From assembly GCA_051362555.1 (NCBI GenBank), contig CM120645.1:20026001-20090000 (forward strand): 64,000 nucleotides of DNA, given 5' to 3'. Within the stretch, counting starts at the first letter, position 1, and each line of letters starts with the position of its first letter. The notes beneath the pieces were generated by a model, which was not told the origin of the DNA, did no database searches, and saw only the letters and a program-made list of their open reading frames with translations. The stretch comes from Lingula anatina. Taxonomy: Eukaryota > Animalia > Brachiopoda. This document shows, in pieces, positions 27,030-62,763 of the stretch. A program made the translations under genes and the position numbers.

Positions 27030-30000
27030 TTAAGTGTGCACATTTCTCTTGCATTGACAGTTTGCTAAAGATTTTAGGGAGTTGCTATAGAATCACATCT
27101 TGCCAGGGTATTCCGGTATGCTGTATTTGTAGAACAGATCTTCAAATTTACTTTTCACAAAAAATGCATGAAGTCTTGTTTGTAGCTACTGGAAGGCGGT
27201 AAATATATCGGAAAGTTTCAAGTAGCATTGGATCGAGTTTCATTGTGCTGCTCAAACTACTTTTAAAAAGTTTCCAGGTTGGGTAAATAAATGTCACTGC
27301 ACTTGAACCATCAGAAGTTATCAATATTGCATTTGATTTTCAGGTTATTGTCAACATGCTTCAAATTTTTTATGATATCGATTTGCCATACACACTAGAT
27401 TAAGCACGGTAAATATCTTCTGTTTCTCTAACAGGACTTTGTAAAGATGCCACAGGTTTGAGTTTACCCATCTTTTGGGGGACATTTGTTTGCTTTTTTT
27501 ACCTGCTTCGTATCAGTTTTAGTATAAAGACAGAGGAGAGAAATGTGACTCGGACCGACACAAACTTCAAAACTAGAAAGGCCCTGATTTGACTGCAACA
27601 GCCAACCCTACCAGCAAACAAAGTTTTGAATAAGAATTTTTTATGGCATATATTTGGGTGTTAGACTGTTATATGGCTAAAATTGATTTTCTCAGTAGTT
27701 TCTAATTTTTGTGGCATTTTGGTAATGGTTAATTTCACCAATTATGGTAAAGTAGACATTTAGAAAGTAGGAATGATTTAAATCAAATCTGCAAGAATAA
27801 TTGGAGAAAGTACAATTTACAAATTGAATGTAATTAAATTTTAGACCATAGTTAGATGAATTAGTAGCCTTGAATTTCATACAAGATATAAGGATAAAGA
27901 AAAAGAAAACTTCAAACCCAGAAATCTGTCAAGTGTACTTGAAAGCTCAGGTTCCGCATATTGATGACACCCAAGTCAATACATAACACAAGAGAACAAG
28001 TGAGGCAGAAACGCCAGTGTATTTTAAGTATGGGTAATAGGAGGAGGAATCAATAAATGTTTATTAATTTAATGTAGACAATGGGTCAGTTAGACTGGGT
28101 TAGCCTGGGTTATGTGTACCCAACACAAAGGGTCCCAGGAAAAGACAATATGCTTAATAAGGGCATGTGAACACAACAGAAGATGGACAGCTCGGTTACT
28201 GATGTAATAATTCGCAGTTTCTTGAACAGATAGTGATTAATCTAGTCCTGTGCACAGAGTGGATTGTTATCTGTAATAATGATTCTGTTTTTCCTGAAAA
28301 ATGCAGAACTCCTCACATGAGAATTCACATGGACAATGACCCTAATGTGATTCTGTGAACGCAGCACAAAGTTGATCAAGTTGTTTGTGTTCATGTAATA
28401 GGTATGTAATGATGCATTTTGATGGGAATGAAAAGAGACAATGAATTGTTAACTTATGTAATGAGGCAAGTGATTCGAGACTTTTACCGAGAAATCCCGC
28501 AGATGGTTCACTCGGTGTGATCTGTTGCAGAAAGATGCGTCTTTTCAATAGGACCAGAGGTTTCAATTCAGTTCCATTTTCAAAAGTTTATCCTGTGGCA
28601 AAAGAAATCGGACAGATGGTTCGTTTGATGAAAAGTTTATGATGGCTGCAGCACAAAATGATCGTCGCTGTAATGATGTCAGCATCTCTTTGTTTGCTCC
28701 CCGTTTTAGACTTGGCAGGATGCTTCTTTCTGCAGCCAATTCAGTATTTTTGTTTTCAGAGTAAATCTTCCTGATATCTGGTCTCCTCTCAAGTGAACTA
28801 ATGTTATTTCTGTGACATGTAACACCAGGGGAATCTGTTGTTTTAAGACCATGATATGGTTGTAGTGGTGGAAGCATATTAGCATTGTGAGTGAGAGCGG
28901 GATGTTTTCTTTCGTGTTTTTGTTTTATAGATTTTTTATTAGAAGGGTGGGGTGGAAAGAGCAAAAGGTGTTAACTTTAATGGTTTAATCTGTATTAAGT
29001 TAAATCTTAACTTTATAAAGCAAACAATTTTTTCCAAAAGTTCACTGGATTGCTGAAAACTTGATTCTTCAGTCCCATTTATTCATGTTCTAGTAGTAGT
29101 TTTTTAAAATAATTACGTAAAAAGTATTATCTGGTCTTGCATTATGATGAGTTACCAAGTTAATGCTTCTTGCAGCCAAATCATGTCATGATGTGACCTT
29201 TATTCTTTGGGAGAATATTTTTTTAAGTTGAGGTTATTAAAACATGCCAGTATGTATCATCTGTTGTCGTATTTTTTTTAATCACACAAGGTTTTTTTTA
29301 TTACCTCATGGGACTTCATCTCAATTTTATAAAATATTCTGTCACTGATCATGAGATTTTGGGCATTTATTTGTTTCGTGCAGGAGACTTGATGTAAGGC
29401 CATTAGAAACTTCAAAGTATGAACTTATGACTTCATCTGCTGTTGTAGTATTTTGCCAGCCTCCAGTATTGTATTCCTACTCCCAGAGATGAGCTCCATA
29501 CTTCCCCCATCTGTCAGTGAGATGTGATCTGTGCAGAGGCAATCTACAACACAGCAGGACTCTGGAAACTTTGATCATCGTTTGTCTGTCAATTAAAGAA
29601 TGGAATGAAGAAATCCTAGTAAATAGAGAAAATATTCTTTTTAGCAAAAAAGAGAGAAACACTGATGAGTATTGAAAATGTTCAGAAATATCAGGAGAAA
29701 AGCCATATCTTGCGTACTGGTAGTTGATTTTTTGTAACCCCCATATATAGTAATGCTACAATTAAGATGCCTCCAGACCTGGAGAAAATTTCAGCTAAAT
29801 AGCTCAATTTTCATCTTAAACATGATCAATATCTAATTGGTAAAATTTCGTTGAAGCCATAGTCACTTTGACTGTAGCAATTATTGTTTGAGACAGAAAG
29901 CAATTATTGGTTAAAATGAAGCGGTGTAGGCTGAGACTTGCACATTATTTATATCTCTTATTCCTTGGAAAAGTCAGAAAGCAGTCCGGGTTCTATTTAT

Positions 30001-30849
30001 CTTTCTGATTTCCTCTGTTCAACATTGAAGGTTACCTAGATAAGGGTACAGCACATGAGGTTATTATGCCTGCAATATTTCACTGTTTATCTGAAGGCCT
30101 CTCTCTCTCTCTCTTTCCCTCTAGAGAGAGCACAGCCAGGAATAACAATAGTGTTTTAATGTGAAGTAGCAATAACTGAAGTAGACATTCCTGCTAGCCG
30201 TGGGCAGAGACCCTTTTGCTGTGTTTCCATTCGGCATAGTTTGATCCATCTTTGTGAAGCCCTATTGGCGAACTTTGCAGTAATGATCTTGAGCAGCGAC
30301 AGTAAACCCTTGTCCTGCCTCATCGATTAAAATCAAGGAAAGTCAAATGCCTTGTCTTTTAATTGGCTTCTGGTGAATTTAACTTAACCAGGCAGCTGGT
30401 GATTTGGTCTGTTTTAAGCGTGATCTGTCCATCTTAACTGGAAACTTGGCACATTTTAAGGTAAAGAGTATAAGGGCTACATAACGAAAAGAATAGAGTT
30501 TGAAATGCTAACATTGCTTCGGTCTTTGAACTGAAAATATTTCAAACTTTCGGAGATTGGATATGTTACCCACAAGTACCACTAAAGATTCAGTGCACTG
30601 TTTCAGAGATGCTATGAAGAGCCAGTCTTTTACCTGAACCTAATTAATAGTCTGGCAAAGCACCTCAAAGAAACTCTGAATTGTAGTAAACTGAGTGGAG
30701 GAAAGGTATGGGTGAGTTTCACTTTGATGCAGGTGGTTTTGGTGGTAATTCAAAGCACGCTTTGTAGTTCTGTGGTTTGCTTTTGCTGGTAGGCTTTGAA
30801 GAGTAAGGCAGTTATAAGCATGAAAAAGCTCTTTATCCTTACACGCCAT

Positions 30850-31056
30850 TTCCATAGATAAGATCGACCTACTTTAGATCGACCTAACTCCCTGGGGGTT
30901 CAGGCTAAATAGCTGTCAGCCGGGCGGACACGAAAGTTAATTGCCCCCTTACAGCTTGTAGTAGGCGGGATGGACATTTAAGTCGGATTATCTGAAAGTA
31001 ATCTAGTGAGACTCCCCGCGGGGATAGATCGATCTAAAATCTATGGGAATAGAGCC
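30850..31056. mobile_element. Degenerate MITE
   Basis: Left TCCATAGAT...TTTAGATCGACCTA matches the reverse complement of right TAGATCGATCTAAAATCTATGGGA; CpG-rich interior in an AT-rich intron. Confidence 0.55.
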
Positions 31057-32522
31057 TTAGATTGTGTGTATGTGTGTGTGTGTGGGGGGGGGGGGGGAGG
31101 TGAGGTTATGAAATTACACACTTAAAATTACATATTTTTAAAAATATTGAAATTTTGATTTCACTCTGGGCCTGAGAGGTATATAAGGTGTATTTGTGAA
31201 TAATTCATAATTCTTAACAAATTTAAAGTCCCAATGGCCTAAACAAAGCAACCGTCTGTCATATGATGCATACATTTAGCCCCCTGTAAAACCTACCTCG
31301 TCTCAAAAACGATTTTCATGTCAAAAACGTCGAATTTGCGTGTTTCATTAACGAGGTAATGGTTGCCATTCAACGGCCTCTTCTGTTTCAACCATGCATG
31401 TCCAGGGCACACAAGCCATATAACGTGCCAGTCTGCCCGCACAACCATATGCTGCCAAAACGCTCGGACAACGAATATAATGTTGTGCAAATTTTTTTAC
31501 ACAAAATCTCTAAAAAATAGAGCCCACAGTTAATCACATTGGTGAACTGGTGAAAGTATAATTTACAAACAGTTTCGGGAGGATGCCATTTAGGAATCCA
31601 TTGTAATGAGATCTGGTGCAAATTGCTCTTAATAGGCTCTTGAAAAACTCCTGCCTGCTGGCTGGTATCAGATCTCAATGTTTTGACTGACATAGGTCAA
31701 ATAGAGTCAAGGGGGAGAATTTGCCAAAGTCTGACCTTAACTTGTCAAATAAGACCTATCCCAAGTAAAATGTATCAAGCTTTAGCCAGTATCACAATAC
31801 CACTGCAAATGGAGCATGTCCAGCTTAAAACCACGACATGGTCATCTGAGTTGAATTGACCAGATAAGTTGAGAGTAATCGAGCGTGATGTTCTTAAACA
31901 GTGGTAGGTCTAATTTACACGGGTGTTAAAGTGGAATAAATTGTTGTAAAACATACCTTCGTAAAAATTTTTGTGCATGAGATATTTTATAAATGTCAAA
32001 ATATTGGTTGAATAGTTAATTTCTCCTGATTTTTTAAAGCTAGGAGAACATAAGTTTTGGAAAAATATGCAAGCAATCAAACCAATACAGCTTTGAAGTG
32101 AACAGTTTGGAATGTCGGTAATCTTCTAAGCCATACAAATATTCTATTATGATTGTTCCTAACAGAATAGTTGTTACCAAACAATTGACACAATCCCTGC
32201 TGTTGCCATTGTCCAGATAAATTAATGTAATGATTTATCCTTTTGTTCTTGCTTCCTCTTGCCTACGATATTATTGATAACGCGGCGGCCATTTACAACA
32301 GGACGGTATCTAGACTGAAAGCTTTCAGAAAACACTTACAAACTCTGGCAGAAATCAATGCTGTTACCGAGTTGGCCGTGATGGAGCACAATAATTGATT
32401 GCAATTCTTCTCCTGAGAAGTATAAGAATAGTGGATTTGGTGTTGAATTTATTGGAAAGCTTTGTCCTGTGAAAATTTATAAGGAATTTGAGTGCAGTTC
32501 AAAGTGCTGGAGATACAGTTTC

Positions 32523-32834
32523 AGGATTTCCCTTCATTGTGACATTTCCATGGTTTACTTTGGTGAAGCGTCTTTTATAAAGCTGTGAATTTCCCTCCTT
32601 TTGGTTTATTTAATCCTTTTTAAACACAAAGGCAGATTTTTTCACAAAATATGGATTTTGTATTATATTTTGAAAAACAGGATTTCCCTTCATTGTAGCA
32701 GTTCCATGGTTTACTTTGGAGAAACGTCTTTTAAAAAGCTGTGAATTTCCTTCCTTTTGGTATATTTAATCCTTTAACTCAAAGGCAGATTTTTTTTTTT
32801 TACAAAATATGGATTTTGTATTATATTTTGAAAA
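32523..32834. repeat. Tandem direct duplication of ~156 bp
   Basis: AGGATTTCCCTTCATTGT...GGATTTTGTATTATATTTTGAAAA at ~32523-32677 and again at ~32679-32834. Confidence 0.9.
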
Positions 32835-35800
32835 GCAAGACTTTTTTCATTGGTGAAAGGAAGGCTTGGGCTCTTCTAAAAGCAGCAGGGTACAGAGAAA
32901 GCCACTGGGTCAGCATCACTGTTCTTGGCCCCTGGAGTGATTTGGCATGTCACCATTGGCCTTTTATCATTAAGTTTAAATTTAGACCCACCTTTAAATG
33001 CCCATCTTGGTGAGTTAAGATAAAAAATAGATACATATTTAATAAATATGATAAAAGAAATGAAGTATTTAAATCCCCCCTCAACCCCCCCCCCCAAAAA
33101 AAAAAAATAATAAAAAAATAATTAAAATAAGGACAAGTTCCACACCCTGAATATCCAGTATAAGTTTGAGATGGTTTTTCATGTCTGTTAACCTGGCAGA
33201 GATGAAGGTCACTGTGGCATCACCTCTCTTGATTGGACTCCTCCTGTGTGCTGGTAGTTAATGAGGTCTTAATCATCAGACAATCTATTTATTTACAGTC
33301 ATTTGATGCCAGGGATGTAAATGAACAGCCAGCTGTCTGCTAAAATAGTCAAAAAATTAATCTTTGGTATTGGTGGTAGAAAAAAAAAATTATATACATG
33401 TGTAATTGCTAATGACTGCTTTTGTGTACACTCTGTTCGATAAGGATATTTTTCAATTTTGAATAAATGTTCTAAATTAATTTATAGTTGGCTGGATTAT
33501 AAATCTCTGCTGCTTAACATTATCATCCCCATCCTTTATTATGCCTTCTGTTCCATTGTCCATACATATGAGAAATTAAGGAAAATATTGCCATTTTTTG
33601 TCTTAATTATGGCCTTTCCATTTGCTCTGACATCATTAATACTGGTGATTAACTGAATTATGGTGCCATACAATTAGGATTAATTGCTTTGTTTCAGTTC
33701 TTTTGTCTGTTTAATTAAGTCCAAGTGAATGGCATTATGAAACATTTCCTCAGAAAAATCCTATTTAGAAAGTCGGATTATAGACAATATGAAAATATTG
33801 ACTATACTGTCTAATTATGACGTGGAATGACTTGTAGGTAATGGTGCATAGAAAATGTTTTCTACATTAATAAATCACTTGAACAAGTTTTGGTATCAGA
33901 ATATAAATTGCCTGTAGTTTTGTGAAGGTGGTGATGGATCAGTCACCTTTTCAAGTTCTGTTACAAGAGGGAAAATTGGCTGATTTGTCCAGGAATTAAA
34001 GATCTTTTTTCCACCCAGTTTATCATCTGTTGAAATTTAGAGATAGAAGATAGTTTTAAAAAACTGATAATCCATCCTCCACTGTCCAAGTCATAATTAA
34101 CCACTATTTTGTCAATTTCTTAAGGTCTTAAAGATTGGTTGACTAATAGATATCACATTGCCGTCATTCCTATTTTCATTAATCACCTTTATGTGGCACA
34201 AGCACAATGGCTAGATCAGTCCTTAGGAATCCTCTGAATTGAAAATATTAAGACAGTCTTTCAAAATAAAGTGATTGATTCATGGGTCTTGGGGAAATTG
34301 AATCTCTGGGTAACAAGGGGGTGGGTTTGAGGGGCTGGGGACGGTTAATATTTTATATCTTGGTTTATTCCCAAACCCTTAAGAGGGTGATTACAGTGCC
34401 CTACATGGGTGACAGGGAAGTGCAGTCAAGTGCCTGCTTTCTTATTTTAAAGTTTAAGAGAATTGATGGTCTTTAGTGTACCACTTTGAATATGACTCTG
34501 GATCTCAAGTGTCTGTACAGGCAGTGTGCTGATCACTTTGTATATCACTCTGTAGAACAGATAAAAGTGAGGGACTGCAGCTTTTGTTTAAGTGTAATGG
34601 AATCTATGGAAGGACAGCTACATAGTTAAATGATATATTGACCACTTAGTGTGAAGAGTTGATAGCCTTCCAACAGCCTCAGTTAAAGAATAGACGAGGA
34701 TAGGGATGATGCCAAGGCTCGGTTACACTGGAAACATTATTGGTCTGCTTTGTTGGTTGCAAACGGCACATGCCAACTTCCTGATATGGTGAATTGAAGT
34801 TTCTTTGAATTAGGACGTGGGATGTTCTTATTATAGCTGGATGCATTTGTTTTTCACTTCATCAGTCATAACAAATGGGAACTGCAAATTTGATTACCTA
34901 TCTTGACAAGACTTTTTTTTTGCATCTGGCGAACATAACGAGTGTTAGTGCGACCCCCAACTAGCATTTAGGGGCAAGAACAACTAAAATTGTTGCCTGA
35001 CATCATATATCACTGTTGTACTGTGCGAGTAATGCCCATCTGTTGAGTCCTGGTTACTGCTGACCATGGGTCTTGCATTCAACCCTGTTTTTACATAGTG
35101 TTAATCTGGCATTCTCCACTCAGTGATGATGCTGTCTTTTCATTGAGAGAATGCTGTAAAAGAAAAAAAAAAAGGTTTTATTTGGCCTCTTGGAAACTGT
35201 CAGTAAAAAATGCAGTAGGAATGAATCAGGCTGTTCTTTATTCTGAGTGATTTAGAGAGAAGTATTTTCATACTTTGAGAGTGATACAACAAGAGAGTGT
35301 CTACAAGTGCTCATGTGATAGCTGTCAACAAAATGGCGCCAGATGAAGAATTAGCTACTTGACAGAAATGAAGATGCCAGTTCTGTTTCCACTCAACTTT
35401 ACCTTTTTCCTCGCCTGACAGCCCTCTATTATGTACTCCAGTAGTAATAGAGCCAGTCATGAAATGGAATGTATTTTTTGTGTAAGTTCTTTCAAAAAGG
35501 TGTGTAATGATTTTTATGTGGTGATGTATCTGGTGAATTTTGCATTATTCATCATTTACTTTAGGGCGGGAGTTTTCTTACAGTTATCTTAAGTTTCAAG
35601 TTATAGCAATATTTACATTTCAGTCAACCAAAGAAAAACATAGTTTCACAAGATTTGTTCAAGATCTGTGATAACATTGGTTATTAGCTGTTGGGTTATC
35701 ATTATGTAAACTCTGCTTTCTAATTAAAATATCCCAGTTCTTGCAGTGAAGATGAAACTTAAAGCCCACATTTTTATCGAACACTTGTAAGATTTGGTAG

Positions 35801-38389
35801 TTTAAATATTTGGACCCTGTTTGAGATAGAAAAGCTTTTATTGTTGAGTAAAAACTCTTTGTTGTAAGTGCAGTTGCTTCAGGCAGAAAGCTGAAGTTTA
35901 AATACAAAAACATCACAGTGTATTTTCTGATTAACCCCAAGCACTTAAAAAGGAGTCCATAAAGTAACAGAAAACATTATTGCATATTAGATTAACTAAA
36001 TAAAAGATACAGGGAAAAGAATGGCAGCAGTAACGAGGGCTACTTTAAGTTATATCGACCAATTGGTGGTAGTAGATTTGTACAATCGATTATCAATGAG
36101 CGGGAGTAGCCATATTGGTCCTTTGATCTCGTTGAAGCTGGTGCCCAGTGTACTCAGGTGTGCCGAAGAAAGGAGTAACTGTGTCGAAAGTATAAGGGGG
36201 CACATGTTTAATGGCGGCTTTTGGGCTCTTTGAGGCGGGGCTGAAGAAAAATATTGGTTGTTTTTGTAACATTATTGATGTTGTTTTTGTAGCAGTGTTT
36301 GCACGGATGGGGCGTTTGGAATGAAGTTTGGGATCAGGAGGTTGAAGTGGTCCAACTGGTTAACATGTCTGGAAAAATATGACGTCTTGGAAAAAAAGAA
36401 ACTGAAATTTGACTTGTTTTTATTAAATAATATTATTATTATTGAAAGGATATGTTGCTCAGTTGCATGCATCCCAATGCAGGTTTACTGGCAGCGGGTA
36501 TTTTTTTTCCTTTATGCTAGTTTAATTAATAGAACAAACACCAAACAAAAAACTTTCCCAAGGTTTTTATTCACTTCCTTGCCCACCACTCGCATTTTAC
36601 TGCTGTTTAAGATACTTAAGTTTTACACATGTCCAGTATTCTGCAAGTATTTCCCTCTGGAAACCACTTTGAACCTGCCATGATGGTCAGGAGGGTCAAG
36701 TAGATGACCACGGTTGACCCTCATCACTTCTTGGGTGGCTGAAAAGTTGTGGATGGTTTTTATTTATGGCTGGACATGTTCTTTCTCAGATTCATTCTGG
36801 TCCAAACAAAGAGTAGTTAAAGGGACATTAAGCAAAAAGACTTGTTATAAATATTTTTGTTAACTTGGTTGGGATGTCAGAAACTTCACAAATAAGAAAC
36901 CATAGTTTTTAATGAGTGGATCATTTAAACATTTTTTATTTATATTGCATGATTTTTTTAAGATGCACATTATTAAAAAAAGGTGGATTTGAGATGTAAG
37001 GTGCACATTTTAAAGTTATTTGCACTCTTAATGTAGGTGGCAATGAAAAATTCTTGTTTAATGAATGGATTTTTTTTGATCAATGGATTCAAAGTTTTAT
37101 GTACACTGAGGAATCTAGTTGCATGCTTATCTGACACTTCAGGGTCCTCCATGTCAGGTAGCTACCATTTGTGACCTGTTCATTGAACTGAAGGGATGGT
37201 CTAGTAGCTAGTTCATTTTCATGTTGTCACAGTTGGAAAACTCTTTCTGCAGTTGATATGGAAATAAAATCTATATAATGTTTCTGCACAACCAGAATTT
37301 TTTTTATTCTCTCAATCATTTAGATTCTTAGAGGTTGCTGATTTTTTTGGTCTGGTATTCATCTGAATTTTTGACATGCCCCGCCCTCCCCCTTTCTGTC
37401 ACAAAATGGGCGTGAGGAGAGGACAGAACTGAGAGAGATGTCTCATTTATTTTCCCAGGAAATGGGACGCTTTTAATTAATCAATATCAAAGTTTGACAA
37501 CTCCAGTGTCTAATTTCCCGAGATAGCTATTATCTGGTGATTTAAAGTGTGTTTTTGTGGAAATAGATGGAGCCAGATCAATTCACATGCTAGTTTTGCT
37601 GGGCACTTGCACCTTAGCTTGTTGTTGAAAAAGCGACCTTGATCGATGGCTACTTGTTGCAGCCAAGTATGGCTTGTTTTATTATACATGGCTTAGAAGG
37701 GTGTTAATACTGATTCACTGATGTAGGAGGACGTGTTACATAAGGTCTGCTTGTGGTTACTCGACCAATATCCATATCCCAGGGCTATTTTATCACCTAA
37801 CTTGCTGAATGAGTCGAGCCATGGATAACAAGGGTGATCATTCCTATGAGGGCGCTTTGATTGCCAGACTTGCAATATCAGTTTGAGGTGGAGCTGAATT
37901 ATTGTATGTATGTATTATGACTGTATGTATTATGCATAAAGCACAATTTTGATTTTGTTTTGATGGCACATGGTACATTTCCTCAATATGGAATTTTGGA
38001 TGGTGTTTTAATAATGGGTCTAATGACTTTCCCTCGTTGTGATGTGCATGTTGGCCACCTTTTTCTTTAATATTGATTAAGAATAATAGTTGCTTTTCTG
38101 TGCTGTTTGATTGTTAAGGAACAATTTTTTGTAGATTAAATTATATATTTCCTATTAGACTAGCAGTTGAGCAAATGGTAACAAAATTTTGGCATGCCTA
38201 CGCTTGGTAATTCAACCGTAGTATAATTGATTTTGTTTTTACAGCTCCTTAATTAGGAAGTTGTAGTATCTTCCTGTTTGGAAAATACCAAAGTTTTTAT
38301 AATTAAATTTTAGTATTTTTTCAGCATCCAAAGAAGCAGAGGTCTGAGTTCTGTAATGGAAAAAAAAAAAAAACAAACTATTATCTCAG

Positions 38390-38538
38390 TCTGTTTTACC
38401 ATGGTTACATTTGTCTATTTCAGCAGGATGGTTGCCATAGTGATGTCTGATTTACTATAGTTACATTTGTCTATTTCAGCAGGATGGTTGCCATAGTGAT
38501 GTCTGATTTACCATGGTTACATTTGTTTATTTCAGCAG
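38390..38538 (+). repeat. 56-bp tandem repeat that triplicates the splice acceptor of the L1 signal-peptide exon
   Basis: GTTACATTTGTYTATTTCAGCAG starts at 38404, 38460 and 38516. Confidence 0.9.
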
Positions 38539-38602
38539 TGTCAGCCCAGTGACAGTGGAAGGCTGAAGTAACCAGAGGGAGAAGAAGGGAGGCAGAGACA
38601 AG

Positions 38603-61063
<22,461 letters not shown>

Positions 61064-62757
61064 TTGGTGCCTGTTGTATGTGTGTAAATATGGACATTTT
61101 TTTGTGTAGTAGAAGAAGAGATGACCTTGTAGTTCAGCTCACCATTTTTTATGCAGGAAATCTCTAACTTTCACATGACTCCTTTGTAGATTGATTAATA
61201 AATCTACATGTAAATAAAAATTGTAGTGCTAGGAACTTTGGAGAGCATTTCAAGGCAATGGAGATATTTCTTATCCAAGTTGTTCCTTTCGCCTCATTGG
61301 GGTTTATCACTAACAGGATGCTTCAGTAGAAAAACTACAAACAGTACAGTTTTTCTGTATGTGTCATATGAATAGTTTTACATTTGTTTTTTTTTTATTT
61401 ACATAACCACATCTTTTAACTCCTAATATAATGTGTTTAAACAAGAGCTAGTGTCACTTAGTGATGTTTTTTTCTCTACATTTATAACTTGATTTTATGG
61501 TTGTGATTGATATGTATTTTAATAAATTGCTAAATTTAAAATTCAACAGTGCACATCATTAAATGTATGCTTTCAGTTTTTGGCATTTCTTAACGAACTG
61601 AGGAGCACTATAACAGACATGCTCTCTAAATATTGAAGGTACTTCAAATATTTTACTATTGCTGTTCTCTTAGCATATGTCAGATATTTTACCACACATT
61701 TGAAAAGAAGTAAAAACATTTTTGGAATTGGTTTGGAATTTTCAAAAATTATTTGAGTTGAAACTAAATATCTCAGGTGAAGTGGTCTGGCTATTGTTTA
61801 ATTGTATTTGGGTATGGCAAGTTGGAGACTTAAGCACATGTTGCCATTTAATTGTCAGCAGATTTTTTAATATTTCGTGGCTTCTGGCATCACACCAAAT
61901 ATAATCTTTGTCACATGTAACACATAGGTTGTAGTCCACAATTTTTCATGAAGATTTTGTACATAAGGTACCAAAAGATTTTTTTAAGGAGAAAGTTTTT
62001 GGCATTCCAAACGTTGTTTCATGACAGAATATGAATATTAGATTTTAAACATGAGCACTGTACTTGAAAATGTTTTTAATGTTACAACACAAAAGCCAAG
62101 CTTGTTGGACTTGAAGAGAGAGAGAGAGGGGGAGGATTTATTTGAGCATTTGTCTTTAGGACTCAAATTGGGTCAGTTTCTTAAGACTCCAGTTGTTACA
62201 TTGTCTATATGTACATTTGAACTGTTTGTACTTTGTATTTTAACATGCTGACTATTTAGTTTTTAGATTTGTACAGCTTTGTAGGTGGTTCTGTCATAAC
62301 TCAAGATGTTCATTTTTGCTGAGGCTATATTTTAACCAGAAACATGCAAAGGTATTTTATTTTGTCTTCGCTGTTAACTGCCATTCCTTGCAGTTTTATT
62401 TTGATGCTTTTGAGTTGTTTCCTAGTGTTAAAATGTTTAAAAAGTAGTAGAAGTAGTAGTAGCATACTGACGTTTGATAAAGGAAACTGAATTGTTGATA
62501 ACATGTGCCACACGTTGTTTTGATGTTTTAGATATTTGACTGAAAAGTATCTTTGCTCTGCAAGCTAGTTAAAGGTACAATTTAATTGTATTCGTATTTT
62601 AAAGTTGTAAATTTTTCCTTCCTGCGAGAAGACAAGTTGCCATCCTATGTATTCTGCAGAATTACTGCCACCTTGAGCACTGAATTGTCCTATTTGATAT
62701 TTATTTCACCTTCAAATAGCTGAAAATGCTACACCATTTGTTATAAAACACTGTTAA

Positions 62758-62763
62758 AATAAA
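62758..62763 (+). terminator. Candidate distal polyadenylation signal of the L1 gene (others at 61197, 61213, 61521)
   Basis: AATAAA where the T/G-rich strand skew ends. Confidence 0.4.

Noticed and set aside
24400-38300. Short ORFs (60-133 aa) in the large leader intron as nested genes
   Set aside because: Low-complexity AT-rich translations, with no recognisable domains or exon chains.
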